Source of the DNA: Marsupella aquatica
Lineage: Eukaryota; Plantae; Marchantiophyta
NCBI GenBank assembly: GCA_973895155.1
Contig: OZ316897.1
Location: 1,328,515 to 1,392,514, forward strand
Reading direction: 5' to 3'
Length of the DNA: 64,000 nucleotides
A program made the position numbers and the translations under genes. Numbering within the stretch: position 1 is the first letter of the stretch; every line of letters begins with the position of its first letter. The notes beneath the pieces were generated by a model, which saw only the letters and a list, made by a program, of their open reading frames with translations, made no database searches and was not told where the DNA came from. Shown here one piece after another: positions 11,081 to 23,127 of this stretch.

Positions 11081-12760
11081 AGTTTGGAGCCATTTTGGGC
11101 TCCCACCACAAAGCTGAACTTTAAGTTCAGCCAACAATCCTCGTCGTCTTTGGGATGTCAGCTTCAAAGTAGACTGATCGACCGTGTACCCATTGCCTCA
11201 CCCACTTTCCCAGGGAAGACGTTGCACAATCCTGACACGTGGGATTCCAGATTCAAGGTGAACTGACAACAGTACTACTGAACGACAGTGCTGCTACCAC
11301 CGAGCCAAGTCAGCCAACTTCCCGTTGAAGTTGTTCCACAACCCTTTACTAAGATGGGATCTCAGCTGCCAAGTGGACTGAACAGAATACCGCTCCTGTC
11401 CCCGTTTTACTGGAAGTCGCCTTGTACCATCCATCCCCATTCCACTCACAGATCATATCCCAGCTGGAGTCCATCATTGCACGATCCCAAAAATGGATAG
11501 CACAGCTCCAAACTGGATTGATGACGAACAGGGTATCAATTATTGGAAGGAACGTAGGAACGTTCGACCATACTTCCGGTAATGATAGCATTCCAGTTCC
11601 AAGCTGCGGTGATCAAGGTCACATCATACACTAGATTAAAGTGAAGTGAAGACACTCTCGCGTAGCATGAAGCTCCGTGAGCAAAAAAGAGGTGCAGATG
11701 GGGAATCGGGATTTGACTACCGTAGTCGATGAAAATAACGAGGAGACTGAACAACCACGAGTAACATCATTTCATCCACAGAGATGTAAACAATTTGTAA
11801 TCCACAGAGACTGCACAGAAGCTAATCCATAGAGATTGCACAGAAGCAGGGAGAAGCAAATCTCATCTATTCCGTCTCATATCAAAGAGTGCGTTTGCGA
11901 CCATCACGGCAGTACTGGGACCAGGTGTGTCAATTATCATGCCTTCACCGTAGCGATCGACCTCACTTCAGATCCAGGTGGCAGTGGGCTCAAAGCAACG
12001 GCATGTGGGCCACATCAAAAATTACAGAAATTTTCTTCTATTACGGCGTTCGGCAAGTCCTCTGCGTAGCTCCAATCTATGTCCCTGTAGAGATTGCATT
12101 CAGAGTCATTCACTAATGGGCTAGAGCTCAGATCTCCAAATTCAGTTGCAGCTCAATTTTCTACAGCTGAACAATTCCTAGATTTAACGTTGTTCATTGA
12201 CAGTTTTCTGTGCTGTGAATTTATGCATTGCCTTGTGATTAGAAGATGGGTCACGCCATTTGAAACGATGACTTTCAGGTAATATACAGAAATGATCAAA
12301 TGAACGCCATTTGGATTGCAATTTTTGCAATCAACAACCTCCGTGTCTTTCGGCAAAACAAGCAGCGCACTCAGGAAGTATCCAGATCTCCACCCAGATC
12401 CAGGAATCACCTAACGAATAGCATTACGATTCATGTTCACTCACGGGGTTTCATCATATTACAACTGACAAGCTCCGTTTCCTCTTTTAGAGAACGTCGT
12501 CTCACCTAGCGCACCAATGTGCCATTCAACATTCAAATTTCCGCTTGGCAAAATCGACCCGCGAGCTAGCAGTCCACTTTCTTCATCTCCTGCTTTGTTC
12601 AGCATTTCCATCTTCATCTCCGACCTTGTTCAGCATTTCCAATCCAATAGCGTGCTTCTCCTCGGTCAACTCTACTATAACTACTTTAACGACTTGCTAC
12701 AAATAATAATTTTTTCCTTCATGTGACACCACTTAAGCATTTTAGTAATGACCAATGCAT

Positions 12761-13181
12761 GAACTTAAAGACCTCATGAACACATGAATTTAAAGCCATC
12801 ATGAACACACTGATTATTGGGATCCACATAACCATGTGACACTGTAAGAAGAATCTCCAATTACACCTAACAACACAACCATGTGACACTGTAAGAAGAA
12901 TCTTCAATTACACCTAACAAACGGAAGGAAACCCTGCTTTAGACTTATGGTTGAGTTAGATTAGATGGTCACTGGATCCTTCCAGGGAGGAACAAGTGGA
13001 AGGACTACCAGAAGAATCAACCCAAAACTGTCTGGTCCCGGTCACATACAGGTCACTTTGGAAGTACAATAAAAAAGTGTGTTACAGAGCAAAAAATAAA
13101 GCTCGGGTTGTGTCTATCTGGGTTGTGTGTGTCCATCCGGGTTTTCTTCCAAACGTGTGTGTCCATGAGGGCTTTAAGTTC
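12761..13181. mobile_element. Non-autonomous Mutator-like (MULE) MITE, 421 bp
   Basis: TIRs GAACTTAAAGACCTCATGAACAC and (reverse complement) GAACTTAAAGCCCTCATGGACAC; perfect 9-bp TSD CCAATGCAT (12752-12760, 13182-13190); internal ~48-bp tandem duplication. Confidence 0.85.
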
Positions 13182-13336
13182 CCAATGCATTCATATTAAC
13201 AATTTAGGATTAATTAGTATTGGGTAAGTTAAATAAGAGTAACTGCCTAAATAAGAGTCAACTCACCCCAATTCTACCACAACACACTAAAATGGAACCC
13301 CAACTCTTATTTATATATTTACCTACCACTATAATA

Positions 13337-13680
13337 TGTTGAGCATAGACGACATTCGCAATGGCAAGCCCATGAACCATCCAACGCACAATAGTCGACA
13401 CAGAGAGATACGTGGTTCACCTCCACATGAGGCTACGTCCACGGGAACACACAAGACTTTACTGCACTCTAGGCCGATCGGTCATACCAAACATCCACAG
13501 CACAAGCTCTCCCTATCTCTCAACTAGCTCCGTAACAATGAGCCTAAGTTCCACCCAGGGTCTGGCATCAGCCCTGGCTATATGCACAACAGCACTACCG
13601 CTAACATTAGCTAAGTCCTAACCCGAGTTAGCCTAACTGTAGTTAGCTCATGAGTCACAAGACTAGAGCAATATCTAACA
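13337..13680. mobile_element. Solo LTR (344 bp)
   Basis: TGTT...AACA termini and 5-bp TSD TAATA on both sides (13332-13336, 13681-13685); homologous to 57332-57665. Confidence 0.85.
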
Positions 13681-13689
13681 TAATACTCT

Positions 13690-16250
13690 ATCCCGGGTGT
13701 TTTTTGTCCCTTTAAAAACTCAAGAAAAGTGGGAACCAGTTGTAGCCTTTCATTAAAAAATTGTTCTTCTGGCACCACATATCCAAACCCTTTCTAATTT
13801 CAATTGCCTATGTCCAAGCTGTCCCTAGCCTGCCCAAACTTGACGGAGATGAGAAATTAACTGAAAATTAGCTAAAATTAATTAAACTTGAAATCTAAAG
13901 AAATGGATATTAGCTTATTTTGATAAACTTTGAATTGGATAAACTTGAATATAAATAAAATATATAAAATGTTATAGCTTGGGTTCTAGAACTTAAAGTT
14001 TAGGTTTCTAGAACTTATTGATACGTTGTCCATGAAGGCCCCCATCGACAAGCCAAACTTTGATGGACTGGATTAAGACACAGAGATATGCTTGAATGTT
14101 GTTCTTTACAGTTCTCTCCATAACTATCCTGTCAGGTTATCATTAATTTCTGTCCAACAAATTTTGTCTGTGATTTCATGATCACTTATGTCCAAAAGAT
14201 ATCATGTCACTTACCATAAGAGTCTTGATTGCAAGCTTTGCTTTATTTGGGGGTTTTATTCTCTTATATATTATCCTTTTCCCTCCAGATAGTACTCTAA
14301 CCATGTTTTTAGAGTTCAATAAAAAAAGACAAAAATTAAGGTACATTCAGGTGTTTGAGCACCTCAGCTGGCCTTTATGGTCAATGAAACTATGTGCAGA
14401 CCACTTCACATTTTACTCATAGCACCTCAAGTAGTTCCTTCACTTACTACAAAAAACAAGCTGAACTCAATCTTATTCAAGAATATTATTTATAATGGAC
14501 TGCAAAACCCCCCCAAAAACTGGGAAGCAAACAACCCATGAACCAGATAGTGGAACAATTTACACCAAGGAAACTAGAGTATTGTTCTTGTCACTAGACT
14601 ATAGTAATTTTGCCATTGCAAAGCTAAAGTACATTTTAATTTGCAAAACATTTTTAGGAATCATATTTTTCATAGAATGTCACTCTTGTGACACGGAGGG
14701 TTTTGACTTATTTTGCTGCTGCAAAGCTATCTCAGACTTTATTCTAAGGAGTATTGTTGAGAAATCCTATTTTCCAGAGAGCGTTGTTGTTGTCACAAAG
14801 AGCACTTTAAGTAATTTTTTCACTGTGGAGCTCCAAAAATTTATGTTTTTCAATGAGCGCTCACTGCTCTTGTTACAATAAGCGTTTCGAGTACTTTGTC
14901 ATTGCGAAAGTACTAATAATTTTCAAATAGAAGTTAAATGTAAAATTTCAATTCATTCCATGCATGTTTTCAATTCACTCCAAGGTGCACACATACTTCG
15001 TAATTAAAATGTAGGTAAACAGTCAGTGAGAACATTTATTATCTAGATTATGTCATCATTAGGTGTAAACTGCTCAATTTATGTGTCATAGTCCATGAAG
15101 ATGATGGGAGACAACCTTCCAATCCATCCAAGCTTTGGTTTCTTGGGTTCTATGATGTTATGATGTTTATCTCGCGTCTCCAATTTCTATGTGCAATGCA
15201 CAAGTTATTGAACACCAACACCACCGCAACAACTTTACTTTGCCTTCACATCTTTATCTCATCACTACATTTTTTTCTCACCGTCAACCTTTTTTTCTTT
15301 CTTTGGCAACCGTTTTCACTTGGCTTGACATCTTTTTCTCATCTAGACATCTTTTTCCACTTTGACATCTTACCTTCCCGGTTTCACTGTCGGACAAGAT
15401 GTGTCCTTGTCCGACACGACAACTGACAACTTGTCCATCCAAAAACAGCCTATTTGTCCAATATTCCCTTATATTCCCCGGCTGGGACCAAAAATTCCTG
15501 ACCCATCCCTGGCCCAATCCCGAACTCTCCCAACCCCTCCTGGCCCGGCCTGGCCTGGCTGCTTATTCCCGGCCCTGCTGCGTAGTCCCGGCCCTTCCCG
15601 GCCCGGCCTCCCCTTCCCGGCCCGACCCGGCTCTTTCCCGGCCCGGCTCCCCCCCCTCACCCCCCCCCCCCGGCTCCCACCCCCCCCCCCCCGGCCGATC
15701 CCCCTGGCCCAACACGACCAACCCCCCGACCCTCCTGGCCGAAATAAACATCCTCCCGGACCGATCTATTTGTCCAATATTGCCTATTCCCGGCCCGGCT
15801 CTCTCCCCCGCCCCGACCAGCCCTCCCCGACCAGCCCCCCCGACCAGCCCTCCTCGGCCAATCCCCCGATCCTTCTCCCGGCCGAGCTTCACATCCTCCC
15901 GGCCCGACCCTGTCACCCGGCCGGGATCGACTGGGATCAACCGGGACGACATATGTCATTTGTCATCCCAAATTCTTCTATTTGTCCGACAAGTCCAAAC
16001 CAGGCTTACCTTGTTCTCACCTTGACATCTTTATCTCACCACAATAACTTTCCTTCACCCTCAACATCTTTTCTCTCTTTGACATCTATTCTTCAATCTT
16101 TTCCTCATCTCGACGTACATTCTCACCTCGTCGTCTTTTCTATCCTCAACATCTTCTCTCACCTCAACATCTCTTTCTCTATCGCCATCTTTTCCTTGAC
16201 ATCTTTTATGCAATGCGCAATTCATACTATAATTCAAGATCTACTCTGAA
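13690..16250. repeat. Dispersed repeat family member with a CT-rich degenerate tandem array (TCTCACCTCAACATCTT-like)
   Basis: Segments at ~13700-13910 and ~15170-16250 align by eye with ~63040-64000, e.g. CTCCAATTTCTATGTGCA.TGCAC.AGTT.TTG.ACACCA. Confidence 0.6.
15377..16004. mobile_element. Non-autonomous DNA transposon/MITE with 8-bp TSD (hAT-like), GC-rich interior
   Basis: TSD CTTACCTT at 15369-15376 and 16005-16012; imperfect TIRs CCCGGTTTCAC-TGTCGGACAA and (reverse complement) CCTGGTTTGGACTTGTCGGACAA; interior rich in CCCGG motifs and poly-C. Confidence 0.8.
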
Positions 16251-17550
16251 ACCGTAGGTCTTAATTTCTCTCATAAGAACAAATTTTGATATTTTGATAA
16301 TGCTTATGAATAGAGACAATATGGGGAACCCTTTTGTGCATACTTCAACCTATCACCTTAATTAAAGTCACATGAGTGTGGACTCTCATAAATAGGGGGT
16401 CTCAAATCTTAAAACTTGATGGACCTTAACCACTAGGTTAGGTTACAAAAATGTGCTACCAAATTTACAATCCATAATTTTCTGCCATGACCAATAGTCA
16501 CCTTAGATGCTAGTGAAAAAAAAGTTTAATAACCCTGACGCAAAGAAAAAGCATTTGCCCAAGGCCATCATGAAAGCTATGAGATTTCCTAGGTAGAAAA
16601 CTCTCTTTGTAGAAGACAATTGTACTGTTGTAAATCTCAGGTCTACTCTATGCCACAATGGCATGGAGTGTGTTATGTCACTTATAAAGCGCAAAGGGGA
16701 AGCCTCTAAACCGTGACTCTAAGGCCCCACCAAAGGAAATGTGCCTGCAACAAAGAAGTGCAAAGACATTATGGTATATTATGTATGACGTGAATGAGAG
16801 TATATGTGCATGTAAAGACAATATACACATACATATACTTGAATCATATATTATTATTCCCAGATCGGCAAGACGAAGGGAGATACTCAAGAAGGAAGGA
16901 ACGAACGTTGGTCTGCAATCCACCTCGCTCTTCCCCTCCCCGCCCAGCAATGTAAGTCTCCTTCTCTCAGATTCATTCTTGGAGGTCATCTCTTCTTCCT
17001 CTTCTGTTTTTTTTGGTCCAGATATCTCTTTTTCTGTGTCAGTGACGCGTCTATATTGTCCCTCAATTCCCAGTGATCGGGACAGGGTTGTGGTGGAATT
17101 CATCTCTGCTGTTGTGAATGAGAACGAGTGAATGAATTGCGGGTTCGATGTTTTGTGAATCAGGTTCTGCTATGGTTTAGTCATTTCCTGGCATTGGCAT
17201 GTGCTGCTTTTTGCTGTCTTTCAGCCACCTCTCTTGGGTCCAATTGGATTTGGAATTCCTTCATCCTCAGTTTGCTTGTTTGGTATCGGTTTTCGCAATT
17301 CTTCGGGTTGCTAGGTCGTGCTGTTTCAGAGCAATCCCCAGATTGGACTTTACTTTGGAACAGGTCGAGTAGGGCTTAGAACTTCACGAAAAATTCGGAG
17401 AAGAGTTCTGGAGCCTAGCAGTTTTAGACGCTGTTCCCTGTTCCGCGATCTTTTCCCCTTGCTGATTTGTTTTTTCTTCACAGCTGCGTTCTATGTTCCT
17501 TTCTTCTCAGTGCTGTTCCTGATAAGTGATGTATCGGATATTTTTCGCAG

Positions 17551-17664
17551 ATGATCGACGATCAGGACTTGGGCTTCTTCGCCAACTTTTTGGGGATCTC
17601 CATATTTGTGTTGGTGGTGGCATACCACTACGTGGTAGCGGACCCCAAATTTGATACTCAATGA
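17551..17664 (+). CDS. OST4: Oligosaccharyltransferase subunit 4 (37 aa)
   Basis: Translates [37 protein letters not shown], closely matching plant OST4. The ATG lies directly after the AG of a 5'-UTR intron (GTAAGT donor ~16952). Confidence 0.93.
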   Translation: MIDDQDLGFFANFLGISIFVLVVAYHYVVADPKFDTQ

Positions 17665-18751
17665 TGGCTGCTTTTACGAGTGGGTGTCATGGACATCCAC
17701 GCCAAGATTTTGTTCATGGACCGGTACTCTGTATCGGATTGATGATGTATTCCAATCTGATAGCTAAATAAAGATGACGGCATCATCTGCCAACAATTTG
17801 AATGACCTAACTACTTGAAGCCTCGGATCGTGTCATAGTAAGCCGTAGTTCGACATCAGGCCCGACATTCTTATCTTGACTATCATGCAGTTGAGAGGCT
17901 CAGAGAAGCACATTTTGTGGTTTGCCCGTTAGTTTAGTCGCTCTCAATACACGAATACTATCGAGGGGGACCATCGAGGCAGGAGGATGTAGTTAAGGCT
18001 CCAAGCGCAGTCGAAACAGGTGTGCGAAGCAATGGAGAAAGGCCAGATCACGGACCACCATCTGAGCCACACGGTCTCAAGATCGCCTAAGCCGTTAGCT
18101 TGTGAAATCCACCCGAGCAGAATTAGTAAGGGTTTTGGGTTTTTGATTTCCGTGGGTGCTTGTAGCTGCTGACGAACCCTCTCGACCCCGTGAAGACTAT
18201 CGAGATTCAGCATTACAATGCTACAGGTTTCTGCGAATTGTGGATAATCTTGTCAATCTGGCTGCGGCAGCGACGGTAGTCAAGTCATGGACCCCGCAGT
18301 ACTGACCGTGAGAGCGATGTACGCGCCTGTCAAGAAGGGCCCAGTCATCCCTGGCGTCCTTGTGATGGTCTCCGCCTCTCCGTTCCTCTTTCTCTCTTCC
18401 TCCCTCTGTGTGTGTCTCCCTCTCCTACGTTGCTGGTCCTGTGGTCCTTTGGGCTCCTCGTCGACTTTGAATCCCAGTCATTCATACCTTCGTTCTATTC
18501 ATTCGTGCTGCTATTCTCACTTCAATAACCTCTCTGTGACTTCCAGTCATTCTGTTGAATTCCTTCAAACTCTAGACGGTCATGGACTCAAGCAATTTCC
18601 CGCTCCAATCCTTCACTCGAACAACCAGAATCTATCTAGGATCTAGGAGCTGTTTAGTTCATGATTCCTGGCTCAGATGTGCTGCCAGCCTTCTCCCTCT
18701 TGATACTCTCACTTTCCTTACTTGTCTGGGGTTTTTTGGACTCTGAAATTT

Positions 18752-18843
18752 ATGGTCAAGGGATACGTGCAAAACGGGTACCGAATGTTTGAAATGATGG
18801 TGGAGGGATATAATCGGAGCCCGTACTCATGACTGTGTTCTTT
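18752..18843 (+). pseudogene. TFB1: Frameshifted copy of TFB1 exon 1
   Basis: Homologous to 37999-38094 (-) with indels (ATGGTCAAGGG vs ATGGTCGAAGGG); the donor GTGCAT is retained. Confidence 0.8.
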
Positions 18844-19088
18844 GTGCATTGACAATGGTAGCGATTCCCTTGACGAGATAATAGAGCCTCATAATTAAGG
18901 TTTTTGAAACAGATGGACTTGCATTGAAAGAAAGAACGGTGGTTACGCTAACTCGTAACTTCTGTATAGAAACCTTCTCAGTCCTTGAGAATTTTGGTAC
19001 TGATCGATGAAAGGTGTTTTCAATTATCTATTTTCTGAGTGCCTAACCTGTACTTGACTTCTTGGTATCCCGTGCGGACGTTGGACAG

Positions 19089-21620
19089 GATTGGGTTGGG
19101 CAGAGAAAGACCAGTGTTGGATGGCAATTATGGTGGAACTGGGAAGTCGACAGGGATCACTATCCTGGCTGGGAGCAGCTCGTGCAAGAATTTCGTCGAC
19201 ACGGTATCCGAACCATGACCTACTTCAACCCTCTTCTAGCTCCGGTTCGTCTTGTCCTCTACATTTCGTGGTGTGAGACAGACTCACAGCATAGCGAAAC
19301 GGAACTCGTAGGTGTTTATTACTGAGTCGCACAAAAATTATTTTTTAGCTAAGGACTTCATGCTCAAAGCTAAGCTTTCACATAGAATTAAGTGGTTGTA
19401 GATGAGCTTTCCAGAAAGTATAGCCTGACGGTATGGTTGCGTCAGGTCAGAATTTGGGAAGGTTTGAACAATGCAGTTCTGCTATCAAGTAGCCGTTTGG
19501 TCACATCAAGAGCCCTGACTTCGAATCTTCGTTCAGTTTTACGAGGGAAGCATTTACGGTGCACAGCTTTTGACGGGAGATTGGGAATGGAATTTTCATG
19601 TGCAGAGTCATGAAAAGTTGAACAGGCGAAGGGATCTATTTCAGGAAGCTCAGGATCAGGGTTTTCTAGTGGGAAGCAAGCTTGGATCCCCATATATGAT
19701 TCCCAACACGAGCTTTGATGCGGGGATGATTGATTTGACGAATCCTGGTGCTCGAACTTGGCTGAAAGGCATATTCAACGACATGATCCAAACGGGCGTC
19801 CGAGGCTGGATGGCTGATTTTGGAGAGGCTTTGCCATTGGATTCTTCTCTTTCTTCAGGTTTGAACCTCTTAACTATGTTTCTAGGAGCTACCTTCAATA
19901 TATTGTTGTTTTCTCGTCTCTCGTAGGATTTATGCTTGATTGATACATAAGTGAAAGCCTCAGAGTTTGCAAAGATTCCAATGGCAAAGCCTCTAAAGAA
20001 TCTGCCATTCCTGGGTACCTGCTTGTGAAGAAACTCGAAAATTGTGTAAGTGACTGAGGTCTGGCCACTCAATCACTTGTTCGCTGAAGTCCAATTGTTC
20101 CTGCAGACCACTCTTGGCAACCTGGTTCTGTTTGATTTGTCTGATTGCGTTCACGGACGTCAACTTTCAGACGTTTCGTTGTTTCAACTTTCATGAAATA
20201 AAGCGAGAATGGATTTGATTGCAGGAGCAAGCCCGAGGACGATGCACAATCGATACCCCGAGATGTGGGCCGAGCTGAACCGTGAGTTTGCGGAAGAATG
20301 GGAGGCTAAGCAGAAGGAGCGCAAAGAGAGAAAACCGTCAGAGGGCAGAGGTATGTTGATCGAGGACGAGGACGAGGAAAATGAAGATGAGGACGATGAG
20401 AAGCTTGTGTTTTTCACACGAGCCGGCTACAGGGCAAGCGCTCGCTGGAGCACCCTGTTTTGGGAGGGAGATCAGATGGTGAGCTGGCAACGCAACGATG
20501 GGATTAAGAGTGCCGTGACAGGACTTTTGACACGGGGATTGTCTGGATTCTCGCTGATCCACAGCGACATCGGTGGCTATTGCACGGTCGACCTTCCGCT
20601 CCTGCGGTACCGTAGAAGCGAGGAGCTACTCTTGCGATGGATGGAGCTGAACGCCTTTTCAACCATTTTCCGAACACACGAGGTTGGTGAATGGAATTCA
20701 GACAACGGGCTGGAAATTGTACTGATTAGAGTTGAAGAAACCCATACCGAACAGTCAGCTAAACCCAACACGTTTTTTCCGACCTGCAGGGTAATGTACC
20801 GGAAGCAAACAGTCAATTCTACTCTAACGAGCGAACTCTCTATCATTTCTCACGTTTTGCCAAAGTTTACAAAGCTTGGGAATTCTATCGGCGAGCCCTC
20901 GTAAAGGTAAGACCGCTTTCTCTGTCCCGGAGCCATCTGGGCTCTCTACTGCACCCATCTCTTACTGACTGAAAGTCTTCCTTCACATGCTCATCTTGCA
21001 TACAATTCCTTCTTGAACAATCATATCCGCTTTCTTACATTTCCAGAACTGGCATTCTAGAAATCTGCTTGAGAATGACGTGCAGTTGGGAGTTACATAT
21101 ATCCAACTTTCAAGGAAATTTATTGTCAGTCCTAGCTTTTGAAGCTCAGTGTCAGGTGGCCTTATCTATCACGGTAGCCACTCTCGATTGAAAGGGTCTT
21201 GAGGTTGTAGATCAAGTGTTGTCAATGTGGAGCTAGCGCGTTAACGGGTGATCGGTTTTCTTCCAGGAGGCAGCAGCAACCGGATTACCGGTCGTAAGGA
21301 ATCTGTTTCTCCACTACCCACACGACATCCGCGTCCAGAGCTTCACATACCAACAGTTTCTCGTAGGTACTGAGATTCTTGTCGTTCCAGTTCTCGACAA
21401 AGGGTGTAGCCGAGTGCAGGCGTACTTTCCAGCCGGAGAGGTTTTGGAGGAATGGGAGCATTTATGGACAGGGCAAGTGTACGCTTCTTCTCCACAGCAA
21501 GGCTTGGCGGCATGGATCGACGCTCCACTGGGAGAGCCTCCAGTGTTCACTAGAAGGGGCTCCTCCATAGGCAACAGATTCAGAAAAAATCTTGTCACTG
21601 AAGAAATTCTACCGGCCTGA
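19089..21620 (+). CDS. 3' half of a GH31 alpha-glucosidase/sulfoquinovosidase (YihQ)-like gene; exons 19089-19244, 19606-19858, 20225-20682, 20790-20906, 21267-21620; N-terminal exons absent
   Basis: Exons splice in frame (GT-AG) to 445 aa with DWVGQ..WWNWE, nucleophile WMADFGE, acid/base WEGDQ, HSDIGGY, FRTHEGN, QFLVG. Confidence 0.88.
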
Positions 21621-23127
21621 TTGACTGAATCTTCCGTTACAACTCCATTGCATTCTGTATCCATAGGGTTTCTGATCTTTGGAGGCTCAATTCAACCACA
21701 ATGTAAATAATTTTTTAATGGATCCATATCAACACAAGCGAAGTAGAGTCTAATTTCAGGTGATGATATCGATTTTCCTGGCCCGCTCTGGTCAGGGCTC
21801 CAATTGTAGTGAGTTTGATTGATCCAGTTTGAAGGAGATTTAGCAAATTATGAAGAAGTTCAATGGAGGCTTAGGACAATTGAAGTTATTCACAGACCAA
21901 TTTGTCTGATCAGAGCAGACTTGTTTTGGAACATCAAGTTGAGTGTAAGTAAAAGCCCGCATTGGCTCCATTTTGCTGCCGTATTGGCTAGACGAACTGG
22001 AATGATAGACGGCTGGTGTCAAGAGATAGCAATGAGTCCATAACGCTTGCTTGAGCATTCTTCTGTCGCAACCTCTTGACATGCCAAACAAGCTTTTAAA
22101 ACATACTGTTTTACCGTCCCTTATGATCGAAGGGTCATCAATACTATCTAGTCTGTTAAGTGTAAAGAGGCAGTTTGACACTCCCTACTGGTGCTCTACT
22201 TTGGGAAGAAGTGTATGTAAGCTAGAACAGGCAAGTAGCAGATGTCCCGTACAGCTCTAGACTTTTAAATTTTGAAACTAGGCTCCAAGCTCAAGAAATC
22301 AAAATAATTGAGGCTGCCTAGGATATGCTCTACCGTCGACAGAGACCCACCTCCTACAATATGCGGGGAACCAATCTATAACACGAAAATCAAGCAAGCT
22401 TGGAGTCATCAATCTGCCTTTGTACATAACAGCCTAGTCTTTGAAGCTCTCCTGTGCTGGATTTTCGACAATTTGGTACAGCTGGCGAAGGGAAGCATTG
22501 TAGAGCTTGTAGGTCAGTTTCGAAGATTTTGAGCTCGAACTGGTGGAGTTCGTTTGGAAAATCGTTGGATTCCCATAATGCATTGGGACATAGGGCCTAT
22601 TCCAGGGCAACTGACCACACTTCTGCTGCTGGAAAATTTTCACCACAATTCCTGTACAGCATCTCCATGCCTAGATGCCCTTCCATATATCTCATATGGG
22701 GAAACTACGCAAACGTTGAGATCCCTTCGCAGATCAATTTCCGGTGTATCTTGGGATCTTGCAAACCTTTCACACGTTCATGGGATTCACGTGCTTCCGT
22801 TGGTGTACTTTCGAGCTACTTACCCGATATACCAGACCTCCTGGACGTTATTCTCAGAATTCGCACACTGAACTGGGGGAACAAGAAGAATGACGGAAAA
22901 AAATTCCAGCAGGAGTAACTCGTGCAAATTTATTAGTAAGGGAATACAGGAAGCGAAAGCAGATTGGAACTTTGTCTCAATGAGCTAGTTACCACCAGAT
23001 GTGCATCGAGCATAGGCGGCATAAGCTGGCTATATCGTTGGAAACGTAACTTGGAAGTCCTTACCAAAAATTGTACAGGCAGCCTTAGCGCCTCCTCCAT
23101 ACTAGGTACATGGCAATTAAGCAGACC

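Larger units (their letters stand above)
16856..18937 (+). repeat. Segmental duplication A (inverted copy of 37904-39986): OST4 gene + TFB1 promoter/exon 1
   Basis: Continuous reverse-complement match, with mirrored ORF pairs in the track (e.g. 17944-18213 - vs 38624-38893 +). Confidence 0.95.

Noticed and set aside
15362-16249. Pro-rich 295-aa and 208-aa ORFs and their antisense Gly/Arg-rich ORFs
   Set aside because: Artefacts of the C-rich MITE interior and the CT-rich repeat; no domain motifs.
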